A stretch of 24,000 nt of DNA from Planctomycetota bacterium (GCA_039029375.1 JBCCGH010000020.1:26409-50408); one strand, 5' to 3'. Shown: positions 8,019 to 14,283, numbered from the stretch's first letter. The notes: a model not told the origin generated them from the sequence alone. Program-made: numbers and translations.

Positions 8019-9224
8019 TTACGGCGTGTTGTCGATGACGCGGTGGTTCGGGAAGCGGACCTCCGCCAGCGTCTCCCCTCCCTGGGGGCGCTCGTCAATC
8101 TGGTCGCGGTCGCACGGCGCGGTGCGCATGTCGTGCTCGGTGCCATCGATCATCTCGAAGTCCGCCCAAGTTGGCAGACCAGGGTAGAACCACAGCGCGA
8201 AGGCGTTGAAGTTCGCCAGAGAGGACCACTTGGTGTCCCGCCCGACGTCGTTCATCGAGGGAATCTGCTGGTCCCCCGTGGTGCCGTCGATGTGGTAGAA
8301 CCCGTATGTCTTCATCGCCTGAAGCAGCGTGCGGGTGTGCTCCGTGCCGACGCCGGTGACGTCGAAGTCGGCCCGCAGGCGGAACCGCGCGCCGTACGGC
8401 AGGAAGCCGCCGGTGTCGTACTGGAGCGGCGAATGCTGCCCCGGCTCGATGAACTTCCAGCCCTCAGGGACGTCGTTCGGGAGCGTCATGGCGACCGCGT
8501 GGTTGATCTCCTGCGCGGCGAAGTCCTCCGCCGTGACGACGAACGGGGCGTACTCCGCGCCCGCCGCGTTGGGAGACGTGCAGCCCAGCCCACGACCGAC
8601 ACTCGCGGCGCTTAGGTCGTAGATCGCGGAGTTGCCGATGGTGATCTGCGAGAAGTCGCCCGTCTCGTAGTTCTGGACGAGGTACAGCTCCCGAAGGACG
8701 GGCGCGGTCGGGTCGCTCAAGTCCACCACATAGAGGTGGTTGTCGGCGGACTGGCCGAACTCCTGCACGGCGAACGTCGGATGGTAAGGCACCTGAACGT
8801 AGTCACTGTGCGGGTCGTAAGGGCCGTCCAGGTTGTACCCACTGGGTACACCCCACGTCACCTCGCTGGCGATCTCCGGCGTGATGACGTTGACGATGTG
8901 CCCGTAGCGGCCTTCCTCGGTCGCCGTGTCCTGCGACAGGTTGAAGTCCAGCCGGGGGAACCAATACTGACCACCGGAGCCGTCGAGGCCCCAGTTGTGG
9001 TCCCGCACGAGCGCGGTCTGCATCTGCGCCATGATGGCTGCCGAGTTCGGGTGAACGGGAAGGTCCGTGACCGGCGTGTTGTACCAGCTATCGGGGTGTC
9101 CGATCGTGCGTGCCAGCGCGGCAGGCGGATCGGTCGGATCAATGGGAGTCCCGCCGGCTTCTTCCAGCAGGACATTCAGGCGAGCCACCAGTTCGTTGAT
9201 GGCGTTTACTCGTAGTGTGGTCAT
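8019..9224 (-). CDS. Hypothetical 401-aa protein, possibly a virion-associated or polysaccharide-active enzyme
   Basis: Long ORF with an ACGGAG ribosome-binding site. The short helical N-terminus (MTTLRVNAINELVARLNVLLEE) resembles the N-termini of the neighbouring large protein and of the second fibre protein. No catalytic motif is recognised with confidence. Confidence 0.75.
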   Translation of the reverse strand: MTTLRVNAINELVARLNVLLEEAGGTPIDPTDPPAALARTIGHPDSWYNTPVTDLPVHPNSAAIMAQMQTALVRDHNWGLDGSGGQYWFPRLDFNLSQDTATEEGRYGHIVNVITPEIASEVTWGVPSGYNLDGPYDPHSDYVQVPYHPTFAVQEFGQSADNHLYVVDLSDPTAPVLRELYLVQNYETGDFSQITIGNSAIYDLSAASVGRGLGCTSPNAAGAEYAPFVVTAEDFAAQEINHAVAMTLPNDVPEGWKFIEPGQHSPLQYDTGGFLPYGARFRLRADFDVTGVGTEHTRTLLQAMKTYGFYHIDGTTGDQQIPSMNDVGRDTKWSSLANFNAFALWFYPGLPTWADFEMIDGTEHDMRTAPCDRDQIDERPQGGETLAEVRFPNHRVIDNTP

Positions 9225-9238
9225 TGCGACTCCGTGGG

Positions 9239-11143
9239 TCAGGCTGCGGCGGGGGCTGCGCCGAGTTCGGTCCAGCGCGTGGGGAAGGCCATGAAGGCGT
9301 GGTCGGTTCCTTGGTCAGAGATGACCGCGAACCATGCGTCCTCCGAGGCGTACTTGACGCCCTGCGGCGTCTCGACTTCCTCGTTGGGGATGAGCACCGG
9401 GTGCGTCGCGCCGTGGCTGAAGTTCGTACCGCCGGGCGGGACAGTCGCCTCCGGCGTGACTCCGTCAGGATTCCACGGGTTCACCATGCAGGTGCCTTCC
9501 CAGTGGCGTGCAGTGCCGTTGTAGTAAGTGTTCTCGGGCCGCTGGAAGTCCAACATCTGACCGTATAGGCCCTGAAGCCCTTGGCCCATCTTGGCCGCGT
9601 CCCAGTCAGTGTGTGGGACGTATGGCTTGCCGTCGCTGGCCCGGACACCCGGCCGCGTGTAGCAGTCCGGCTGGCGGAAGCCAATGCCCGGCTGGGAATC
9701 AGCGAACGCGAGGATTTTCGCGGTGCGTGATGCGATGACGTCCGGGTCGCTGCCCAGTCCATTCGCGGGAAGTTGCAGCCAATATTCGCCGCCGCGCTGG
9801 TTGATCTCGCCAGTGAGGTCGAGAAGGTAGTCGAGGTAGCGATCGAAGCCGCTGTCAACGCCGATCGTGCCGGTGTTGTAGTTGGCGTCGTTGTAGGCGT
9901 TGTCCTGCGTGCTGCCGGGACTGCCGAGAGCCAGTTCGCCCTTGAAGCCGATGGACTCCACCATAGGTTGCGTATCGGCCCACTCCGCGAGGCGGATCGC
10001 CACGGCGCGGAAGCGATTGCGGACAACGGTGCCGGCGGGGGTCGTGTCCCACAGCCGCGCGAGGGCGCGGTTCTTGCCGGTGGTGCGAACGAACCAATGG
10101 ACTGAGTTCGGATCGCCAGCGAGGTCCGACGGGACCGCCATGATGGGGTTCGACGGAGTCTCAGGGAAGACACCCGCGAACTGGTTGTTGGCCTGCGGAT
10201 CAACAACGACGGACACGAGGTAGCCGCTGTCGATGTATGCCTGAATGACACCCGTGAACAGCTCGTTCGGGACGCGCTCAAGCTCGCGCCAGTTGAACCG
10301 GAGGCGGACGCCCTTGACGTAGGGCAACCAGCGATCCTCGGCGTACCATCGGCTTGAGATGCGAGCCAGGGTTTCCTCATAGGTGGGGAAGTCGAGGCTG
10401 CCCCAGTTGGTCTCACCGTTGGCCCAAAGGCCGGGGTTCCAGCGGAAGGTTCGCGGGCCGCCGCCGACTGGGACTTCCGCCACCGGCGCGGTCGGATCGG
10501 AGCTGAGACTCTCGGCGTTCCCTTGGCCGTCGGTGAAGGCGGTAGACACGCGGAGCGCTTGGCCGACATCCGCCGCTGAAGTCTGATAGCTCGCCGCAGT
10601 CGCGCCGGAGATCGGCGTCGAGTCGGTCGCGCCATACCACCACTGGTAGCTCAGCGGGCCGACGCCTTCGGCGTCCTGCGCGTCTACCGTGGCGGTCAGA
10701 AGGACGCCGGCGGTGGGGTTCAGGTCGTCAATGGTGACGGTCCCGGTGGCAGGCGTGTTCTCGCGACTAACGGGCGCAGTGTCGGCCGACTCACGGACGT
10801 AGGCGTTACCCTGGCCGTCGGTGAAGCTCGCAACCACGCGCAGCGCGAAGCCTTCGTCAGAGGGCATCACTACATACGTCGAGGCGGTGCCGCCGGGGAT
10901 GTCTTGGCCGGCTCGTTGCCAGCGGTAGGTGATACCGGCGGGGATACCGTCGGGATCGTAGATGGTCGAAATAACGGACAGCGTTTCGCCTACGCGTGGG
11001 GCGGTGTTGCTGACCCGCACGGTGCCGGTCGGAAGGGTATCTCCGATGGGATCAGGTGCCGGGTTCGACTCACTGTAGATGTCAGTGCGTCGGAGTTGCC
11101 GGAGAATCCCAAGCACCTCTAGGTTGAGGTCTCGATTGGACAT
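9239..11143 (-). CDS. 634-aa protein with two tandem Ig-like repeats and a large C-terminal enzyme-like domain; candidate tailspike or depolymerase
   Basis: Two internal repeats of about 85 aa are visible (GTVRVSNTAPRVGETL...YRWQRAGQDIPGGTASTYVV...FTDGQGNAYV and GTVTIDDLNPTAGVLL...YQWWYGATDSTPISGATAASYQT...FTDGQGNAESL). About 400 aa of non-repetitive sequence follow. The enzyme function is inferred, not shown. Confidence 0.75.
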   Translation of the reverse strand: MSNRDLNLEVLGILRQLRRTDIYSESNPAPDPIGDTLPTGTVRVSNTAPRVGETLSVISTIYDPDGIPAGITYRWQRAGQDIPGGTASTYVVMPSDEGFALRVVASFTDGQGNAYVRESADTAPVSRENTPATGTVTIDDLNPTAGVLLTATVDAQDAEGVGPLSYQWWYGATDSTPISGATAASYQTSAADVGQALRVSTAFTDGQGNAESLSSDPTAPVAEVPVGGGPRTFRWNPGLWANGETNWGSLDFPTYEETLARISSRWYAEDRWLPYVKGVRLRFNWRELERVPNELFTGVIQAYIDSGYLVSVVVDPQANNQFAGVFPETPSNPIMAVPSDLAGDPNSVHWFVRTTGKNRALARLWDTTPAGTVVRNRFRAVAIRLAEWADTQPMVESIGFKGELALGSPGSTQDNAYNDANYNTGTIGVDSGFDRYLDYLLDLTGEINQRGGEYWLQLPANGLGSDPDVIASRTAKILAFADSQPGIGFRQPDCYTRPGVRASDGKPYVPHTDWDAAKMGQGLQGLYGQMLDFQRPENTYYNGTARHWEGTCMVNPWNPDGVTPEATVPPGGTNFSHGATHPVLIPNEEVETPQGVKYASEDAWFAVISDQGTDHAFMAFPTRWTELGAAPAAA

Positions 11144-11194
11144 TACGCAATGTTTCCTTTTGGGAAAAGGAGGGGAGGGTTCGGACGAGTGGTT

Positions 11195-11288
11195 GCCTCA
11201 TCAGCGACCGGGGACCACCCGGCCGGACGCTCACACCCCCGAAGTCAGCGAAACTTCTAGGAGGGCGTGGGGGCGTGAGCGTTTCGGC
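11195..11288 (-). ncRNA. Hammerhead ribozyme, type II topology (stem II open)
   Basis: Minus-strand RNA from 11288 to 11195 reads GCC-GAA-ACGCUCACGCCCCC-[ACGCCCUCCUA GAAGU UUCGCUG ACUUC]-GGGGGUGUGAGCGU-C^CGGCCGGG-UGGUC-CCCGGUCG-CUGAUGA-GGC. The full core is present: CUGAUGA, GAA, the A15.1-U16.1 pair, the G10.1-C11.1 pair and C17 in a GUC triplet. Stem III has 14 bp and stem I has 8 bp. The open stem II has only 3 bp (GGC/GCC). Confidence 0.8.
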
Positions 11289-11289
11289 T

Positions 11290-11484
11290 TTACTGATAGT
11301 CCTCCACCAGCTCGCCATCAGCGTCGAAGATAGCTGCGGCGTGTAGAGGAGAGTTGGAGTAGGCGAGGGCGGCTCCATGAGCGAGCGTGTGGTGATCGAA
11401 TACACCTTCGAGCGTGATCGAGTTGTCGGTGTCCACCGGAGCATGGGCCAGGCGGACCTTCACGGTGTAGGACGTGGGGTTCAT
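11290..11484 (-). CDS. Hypothetical 64-aa protein
   Basis: ORF with a GAGGAGAA ribosome-binding site upstream of the ATG. Its TAA stop lies 2 nt before the type II hammerhead. Confidence 0.6.
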   Translation of the reverse strand: MNPTSYTVKVRLAHAPVDTDNSITLEGVFDHHTLAHGAALAYSNSPLHAAAIFDADGELVEDYQ

Positions 11485-11577
11485 CGTGCAGTTCTCCTCG
11501 TGTGTTCAACTTCAAGTAATTCATCCGGTTGACTTTCGGTTTCCCTGAGCCACCGGAGGAGTGCGGAGATTTGGCAG

Positions 11578-11859
11578 TTAGTCATTGAAAACCACCTCGC
11601 CGTTGTCGTCGTAGCGCTTAAGGGTTTCTTGAAGTTCGCCGTAGGTGGGCATTGAGTCTCCGGTCGCGTTGCCTAGTTCTTCGTGGAGCCTTGCCCCAAG
11701 AAGCGATAAGCTATGCCGGCTAGCCTGCCCGCTACACCTATCGATACTGGTGAGGTAGTCGCCCACCGCACAAGTGCTCCACATGGCATGATTAATACGG
11801 CACGCTGGCGGCTGCGCGTTCACGAACTCACGGAAGCCCGCAAGGGTTGGTTCAGTCAT
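11578..11859 (-). CDS. Hypothetical 93-aa protein
   Basis: Its ATG overlaps the stop of the pentapeptide-repeat gene (ATGACTGA, an 8-nt overlap), implying translational coupling. Confidence 0.6.
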   Translation of the reverse strand: MTEPTLAGFREFVNAQPPACRINHAMWSTCAVGDYLTSIDRCSGQASRHSLSLLGARLHEELGNATGDSMPTYGELQETLKRYDDNGEVVFND

Positions 11860-12604
11860 CGTCTTGTCCCTCCTGCGCTTCTAGCTTGGTCTTCAGCCAT
11901 TCCACCGCATAGACGTACATGTCGCCTATCGCACGGTCGCCTACGTAGCCCCTGCCCCAATGGTCGAGTGCTTCGGGGATCGTGAAATCTCGGCAGCCAG
12001 ACCGGATGCGGTACTCGCCGTCGATTTCTACCGCGTGCGGGAAGGCGTACCCGCGAGGGTCTTGAAGGGGTAGCAGATAGAAGCCTTTTGCATCGATCAG
12101 GTTTGCACCGCGCAGGTTTGCATCGATCAGGTTTGCACCGATCAGGTTTGCACCGCTCAGGCTTGCATCGCTCAGGCTTGCATAGCGCAGGTTTGCACCG
12201 CGCAGGTTTGCATCGCTCAGGCTTGCATAGCGCAGGTTTGCACCGCGCAGGTTTGCATAGCGCAGGTTTGCACCGCGCAGGTTTGCATCGCTCAGGTTTG
12301 CATCGCTCAGGCTTGCACCGCTCAGGCTTGCACCGCTCAGGAGTGCACCGCTCAGGCTTGCATAGCGCAGGCTTGCATAGCGCAGGTTTGCACCGCGCAG
12401 GCTTGCACCGCTCAGGCTTGCACCGCTCAGGAGTGCACCGCTCAGGCTTGCATAGCGCAGGCTTGCATAGCGCAGGTTTGCACCGCGCAGGTTTGCATCG
12501 CGCAGATCTGAACCGCTCAGGTCTGCACTGCGTAGGTTTGCACCGCGCAGGTCTGCATCGCGCAGGTTTGCATCGGGGCCTATGTCATATCCGTTAACTT
12601 TCAT
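11852..12604 (-). CDS. Pentapeptide-repeat protein with a non-repeat C-terminal domain
   Basis: About 32 consecutive A(D/N)LxX pentapeptides (ANLRDADLRGANLRSADLSGSDLRDANLRGANLRYASL...). The C-terminal domain follows (GFYLLPLQDPRGYAFPHAVEIDGEYRIRSGCRDFTIPEALDHWG). I start it at ATG 12604 (MKVNGYDIG), preceded by GAGGAG, not at the TTG at 12622. Confidence 0.9.
   Translation of the reverse strand: MKVNGYDIGPDANLRDADLRGANLRSADLSGSDLRDANLRGANLRYASLRYASLSGALLSGASLSGASLRGANLRYASLRYASLSGALLSGASLSGASLSDANLSDANLRGANLRYANLRGANLRYASLSDANLRGANLRYASLSDASLSGANLIGANLIDANLRGANLIDAKGFYLLPLQDPRGYAFPHAVEIDGEYRIRSGCRDFTIPEALDHWGRGYVGDRAIGDMYVYAVEWLKTKLEAQEGQDDD
12311..12490. repeat. Perfect 90-bp tandem duplication inside the pentapeptide-repeat gene
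   Basis: Base-by-base comparison shows 12311-12400 is identical to 12401-12490. Each copy encodes 30 aa, which is six pentapeptide units. It lies within a 15-nt periodic coding repeat spanning about 12088-12570. Confidence 0.95.
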
Positions 12605-12707
12605 CGTCTTGTTTCTCCTCAAGTCGTCGTAACGTGACCTTCACCAGCACCCCCAACGCGATCAGCGCGAGGATGCCGGGGAGGTGTTGGATTAGTTGTG
12701 CTGTCAC
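12594..12707 (-). CDS. Possible 37-aa single-pass membrane peptide, not in the ORF track
   Basis: Hand translation gives MTAQLIQHLPGILALIALGVLVKVTLRRLEEKQDDES. The GTG start sits immediately after the upstream TAA (TAAGTG), and the 3' end overlaps the pentapeptide-gene ATG by 11 nt. There is no clear Shine-Dalgarno. The call is supported mainly by analogy to the three membrane-peptide genes at 16.1-16.9 kb. Confidence 0.3.
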   Translation of the reverse strand: MTAQLIQHLPGILALIALGVLVKVTLRRLEEKQDDES

Positions 12708-13190
12708 TTACAGCGTTGCATTCGCCAGGACGGCCCCACGCCGCTCACCACCCGCGACAAACTCCCGCACGAACTTGCGTTGGTCTGTAGGAAACCGCCC
12801 ATGGCGGTTGTGGTAGATCGACTGTCCGGCTGTGTCGGCAGTGATGATTGCGGCCGCTTCGTCGGCGAACACACCAAGACTGTCGAGAACGCGCCGGGCG
12901 TGTTCGCTGGCGGTTGCTATCTCGCCCTCGAAGTCAGTGCCATAGTCGTGGGCAAGGTGAATAGCGTCATGCCACGCGCGAAAGGCGACGTTAGTTGCGC
13001 GGTCGCGGTAGATGGTTTGCTCGCAGTGGTCGCCGCTTACGGGCAGCGAATCAACACCTAGGATGTTGCCCTCGTCTCGCCATGCTTTGAGTTCAGCAAA
13101 CGTGTCCGGCGCATTGGGTGAAATGTGATGCTTAGGCGCTTGCGCGTGGATGAACTGTTCAAGCGCCTGTAGTGCTGTTTGTGGTCGCAT
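12708..13190 (-). CDS. Hypothetical 160-aa protein
   Basis: I start it at ATG 13190 (MRPQTALQALEQF...), which has AGGAGG 8 nt upstream. The ORF-track start at 13211 lacks a ribosome-binding site. It is the first cistron after the type III hammerhead. Confidence 0.7.
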   Translation of the reverse strand: MRPQTALQALEQFIHAQAPKHHISPNAPDTFAELKAWRDEGNILGVDSLPVSGDHCEQTIYRDRATNVAFRAWHDAIHLAHDYGTDFEGEIATASEHARRVLDSLGVFADEAAAIITADTAGQSIYHNRHGRFPTDQRKFVREFVAGGERRGAVLANATL

Positions 13191-13223
13191 TGAGTTGCCC
13201 TCCTGAGGCATTCGGTCTGTGCT

Positions 13224-13274
13224 GACGTTTCGTCCTTTCGGACTCGTCAGGCCCGGTGCACACCGGACGACGTC
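13224..13274 (-). ncRNA. Hammerhead ribozyme, type III topology (stem III open)
   Basis: Minus-strand RNA from 13274 to 13224 reads GACGUC^GUCCGGU-GUGC-ACCGGGC-CUGACGA-GUCC-GAAA-GGAC-GAA-ACGUC. All conserved core nucleotides are present: C3 U4 G5 A6 N7 G8 A9, G12 A13 A14, A15.1-U16.1, G10.1-C11.1 and C17 in GUC. Stem I has 7 bp, stem II has 4 bp with a GAAA tetraloop, and stem III has 5 bp. Confidence 0.85.
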
Positions 13275-13333
13275 GAGTGTCCCGCAAGTGAAGCACTACG
13301 GGACATGTGGAAGTAGATGGACGCGGCTATGCC

Positions 13334-13756
13334 TCAGCGAACCCAGTAGGTAACACCGTCGAAATCAATCGCTGAGTAATCGTATTGAAGATGCTGCGCG
13401 GCACGCGTCCAATCAATGCAGTTGTTCGGCCACGTCACATTGCTATCAATCAGGCCGCAGTCTTCCGCAAGCTGCTCTGCGTACTCTTCAAAGTAGCTAT
13501 CTCGAACCAGCGCTTCGCCGTGTACCCAGTCTGCCGCGTAGTCTTCGCCCTCGGCGGCGAGCGCTTCGAGCGCATCCAGTTCGCACCCTTCGTCGGTGTG
13601 GGCGTTGTGCCAGTCCACCTCGGGAGCCATATCAAACTCGCCACCGTTCTCCACGACTTCGTCAATCCAGTCGTCCCGAATTTCGCGGAGTTCTTCGATA
13701 CGCTCAATAACGTCGCGGCTATCAATCACGTCGTCCATGTTGGAAATTGCGTTCAT
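13334..13756 (-). CDS. Highly acidic ArdA-like protein (putative antirestriction DNA mimic)
   Basis: 140 aa from ATG 13756, which has a GGAGGT ribosome-binding site, and very rich in Asp/Glu. The C-terminal part YFEEYAEQLAEDCGLI...CIDWTRAAQHLQYDYSAIDFDGVTYWVR resembles, from memory, the ArdA C-terminus (...YFDYEAYARDLFLDSFTFIDGHVFRR). The N-terminal half does not resemble ArdA domain 1. Confidence 0.55.
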   Translation of the reverse strand: MNAISNMDDVIDSRDVIERIEELREIRDDWIDEVVENGGEFDMAPEVDWHNAHTDEGCELDALEALAAEGEDYAADWVHGEALVRDSYFEEYAEQLAEDCGLIDSNVTWPNNCIDWTRAAQHLQYDYSAIDFDGVTYWVR

Positions 13757-13968
13757 GCTGCTACCTCCGCGCGTCGTAATTCCGACCGCCACGCCTGTCC
13801 GCGCCAGCCGTCTTGGGCCTCGATCTCGTACATACCCTCGCCTTCGTAATCGAACTCATCCTTTCTAAGACGCCGCAGAACGCTGATGCGCTTGCCGCGA
13901 TGCGCGTTGTACTCAGGCAGGGATGTGAATCCCTCGGGGTAGTCGAATATGTAGTCGAATTTCCTCAT
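13753..13968 (-). CDS. Hypothetical 71-aa protein
   Basis: An AGGAGGG ribosome-binding site precedes the ATG. Its stop overlaps the ArdA-like start (ATGA). It is the first cistron after the long leader. Confidence 0.6.
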   Translation of the reverse strand: MRKFDYIFDYPEGFTSLPEYNAHRGKRISVLRRLRKDEFDYEGEGMYEIEAQDGWRGQAWRSELRRAEVAA

Positions 13969-13969
13969 C

Positions 13970-14021
13970 GTGTTTCGCCCTCCTAAGGCACATCAGTACG
14001 GCTGGAAGTAGCCGCAGACAC
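13970..14021 (-). ncRNA. Hammerhead-like motif (type III architecture) with U instead of A at core position 9
   Basis: Minus-strand RNA from 14021 to 13970 reads GUGUC^UGCGGCU-ACUUCC-AGCCGUA-CUGAUGU-GCC-UUAGGAG-GGC-GAA-ACAC and is followed by G-AUG of the 71-aa gene. Stem I has 7 bp, stem II has 3 bp with the Shine-Dalgarno in its loop, and stem III has 4 bp. GUC, GAA and the A15.1-U16.1 pair are all present. Only A9 deviates (plus-strand base 13990). Confidence 0.45.
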
Positions 14022-14224
14022 TTTCCCGCAGCCGCTGTCACTATCCGTCCTGATGTGGACATGTGGAAGTGTCGGCGCGGGCCTCGGTGTGTGTCGCTGA
14101 ACGCCTCGCCTGCTAGGGTTCGCAGGGTCTCAGGGTGCGGACTCTTTTTGACTGTGGACCGGCTGGGTCGCTGCGCTGTCTCGGGGAGTCGTTCCGATGC
14201 GCCGTTAGTGGCGACTTAAAGAAA

Positions 14225-14253
14225 AGCTTAAATAATTCCACATGCAGTGTCAA
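14225..14253 (-). promoter_or_regulatory. Sigma70-type promoter flanked by CATGTGG(T/A)A operator-like repeats
   Basis: On the minus strand, TTGACA (14253-14248) is followed by a 17-nt spacer and TAAGCT (14230-14225). CATGTGGTA lies immediately upstream of the -35 box and CATGTGGAA lies inside the spacer. Confidence 0.5.
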
Positions 14254-14283
14254 TACCACATGCGGAATTAATTAAGATTCTCC

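Noticed and set aside
7824-8615. 263-aa plus-strand ORF
   Set aside because: It is antisense to the well-supported 401-aa gene and reads straight through the rho-independent terminator hairpin. No ribosome-binding site is present.
9481-10635. 384-aa alternative-frame ORF, and similar ORFs at 20279-20998, 20505-20951, 21494-22060 and 22433-23320
   Set aside because: These are Arg/Ala/Pro/Ser/Thr-rich translations typical of off-frame or antisense reading of GC-rich genes. Each lies wholly inside a longer ORF with recognisable protein features.
11520-11560. Hairpin CCGGUGGC...GUCAACCGG with a 15-nt loop containing GGGAAACCGAAA in the 11485-11577 spacer; considered as another ribozyme or riboswitch
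   Set aside because: No CUGANGA core is present and I see no match to any self-cleaving class consensus. It may be a plain structural or attenuator hairpin. It is worth including in a covariance-model scan but is not reportable as a feature.
12088-12597. 169-aa plus-strand ORF of HRSGLHRAGL repeats, and the possibility that the 15-nt periodic DNA is a CRISPR-like or non-coding repeat array
   Set aside because: It is the antisense shadow of the pentapeptide-repeat gene. The period is 15 nt with no unique spacers and is in frame with a canonical A(D/N)LxX protein on the minus strand, which has a good ribosome-binding site and a non-repeat C-terminal domain.
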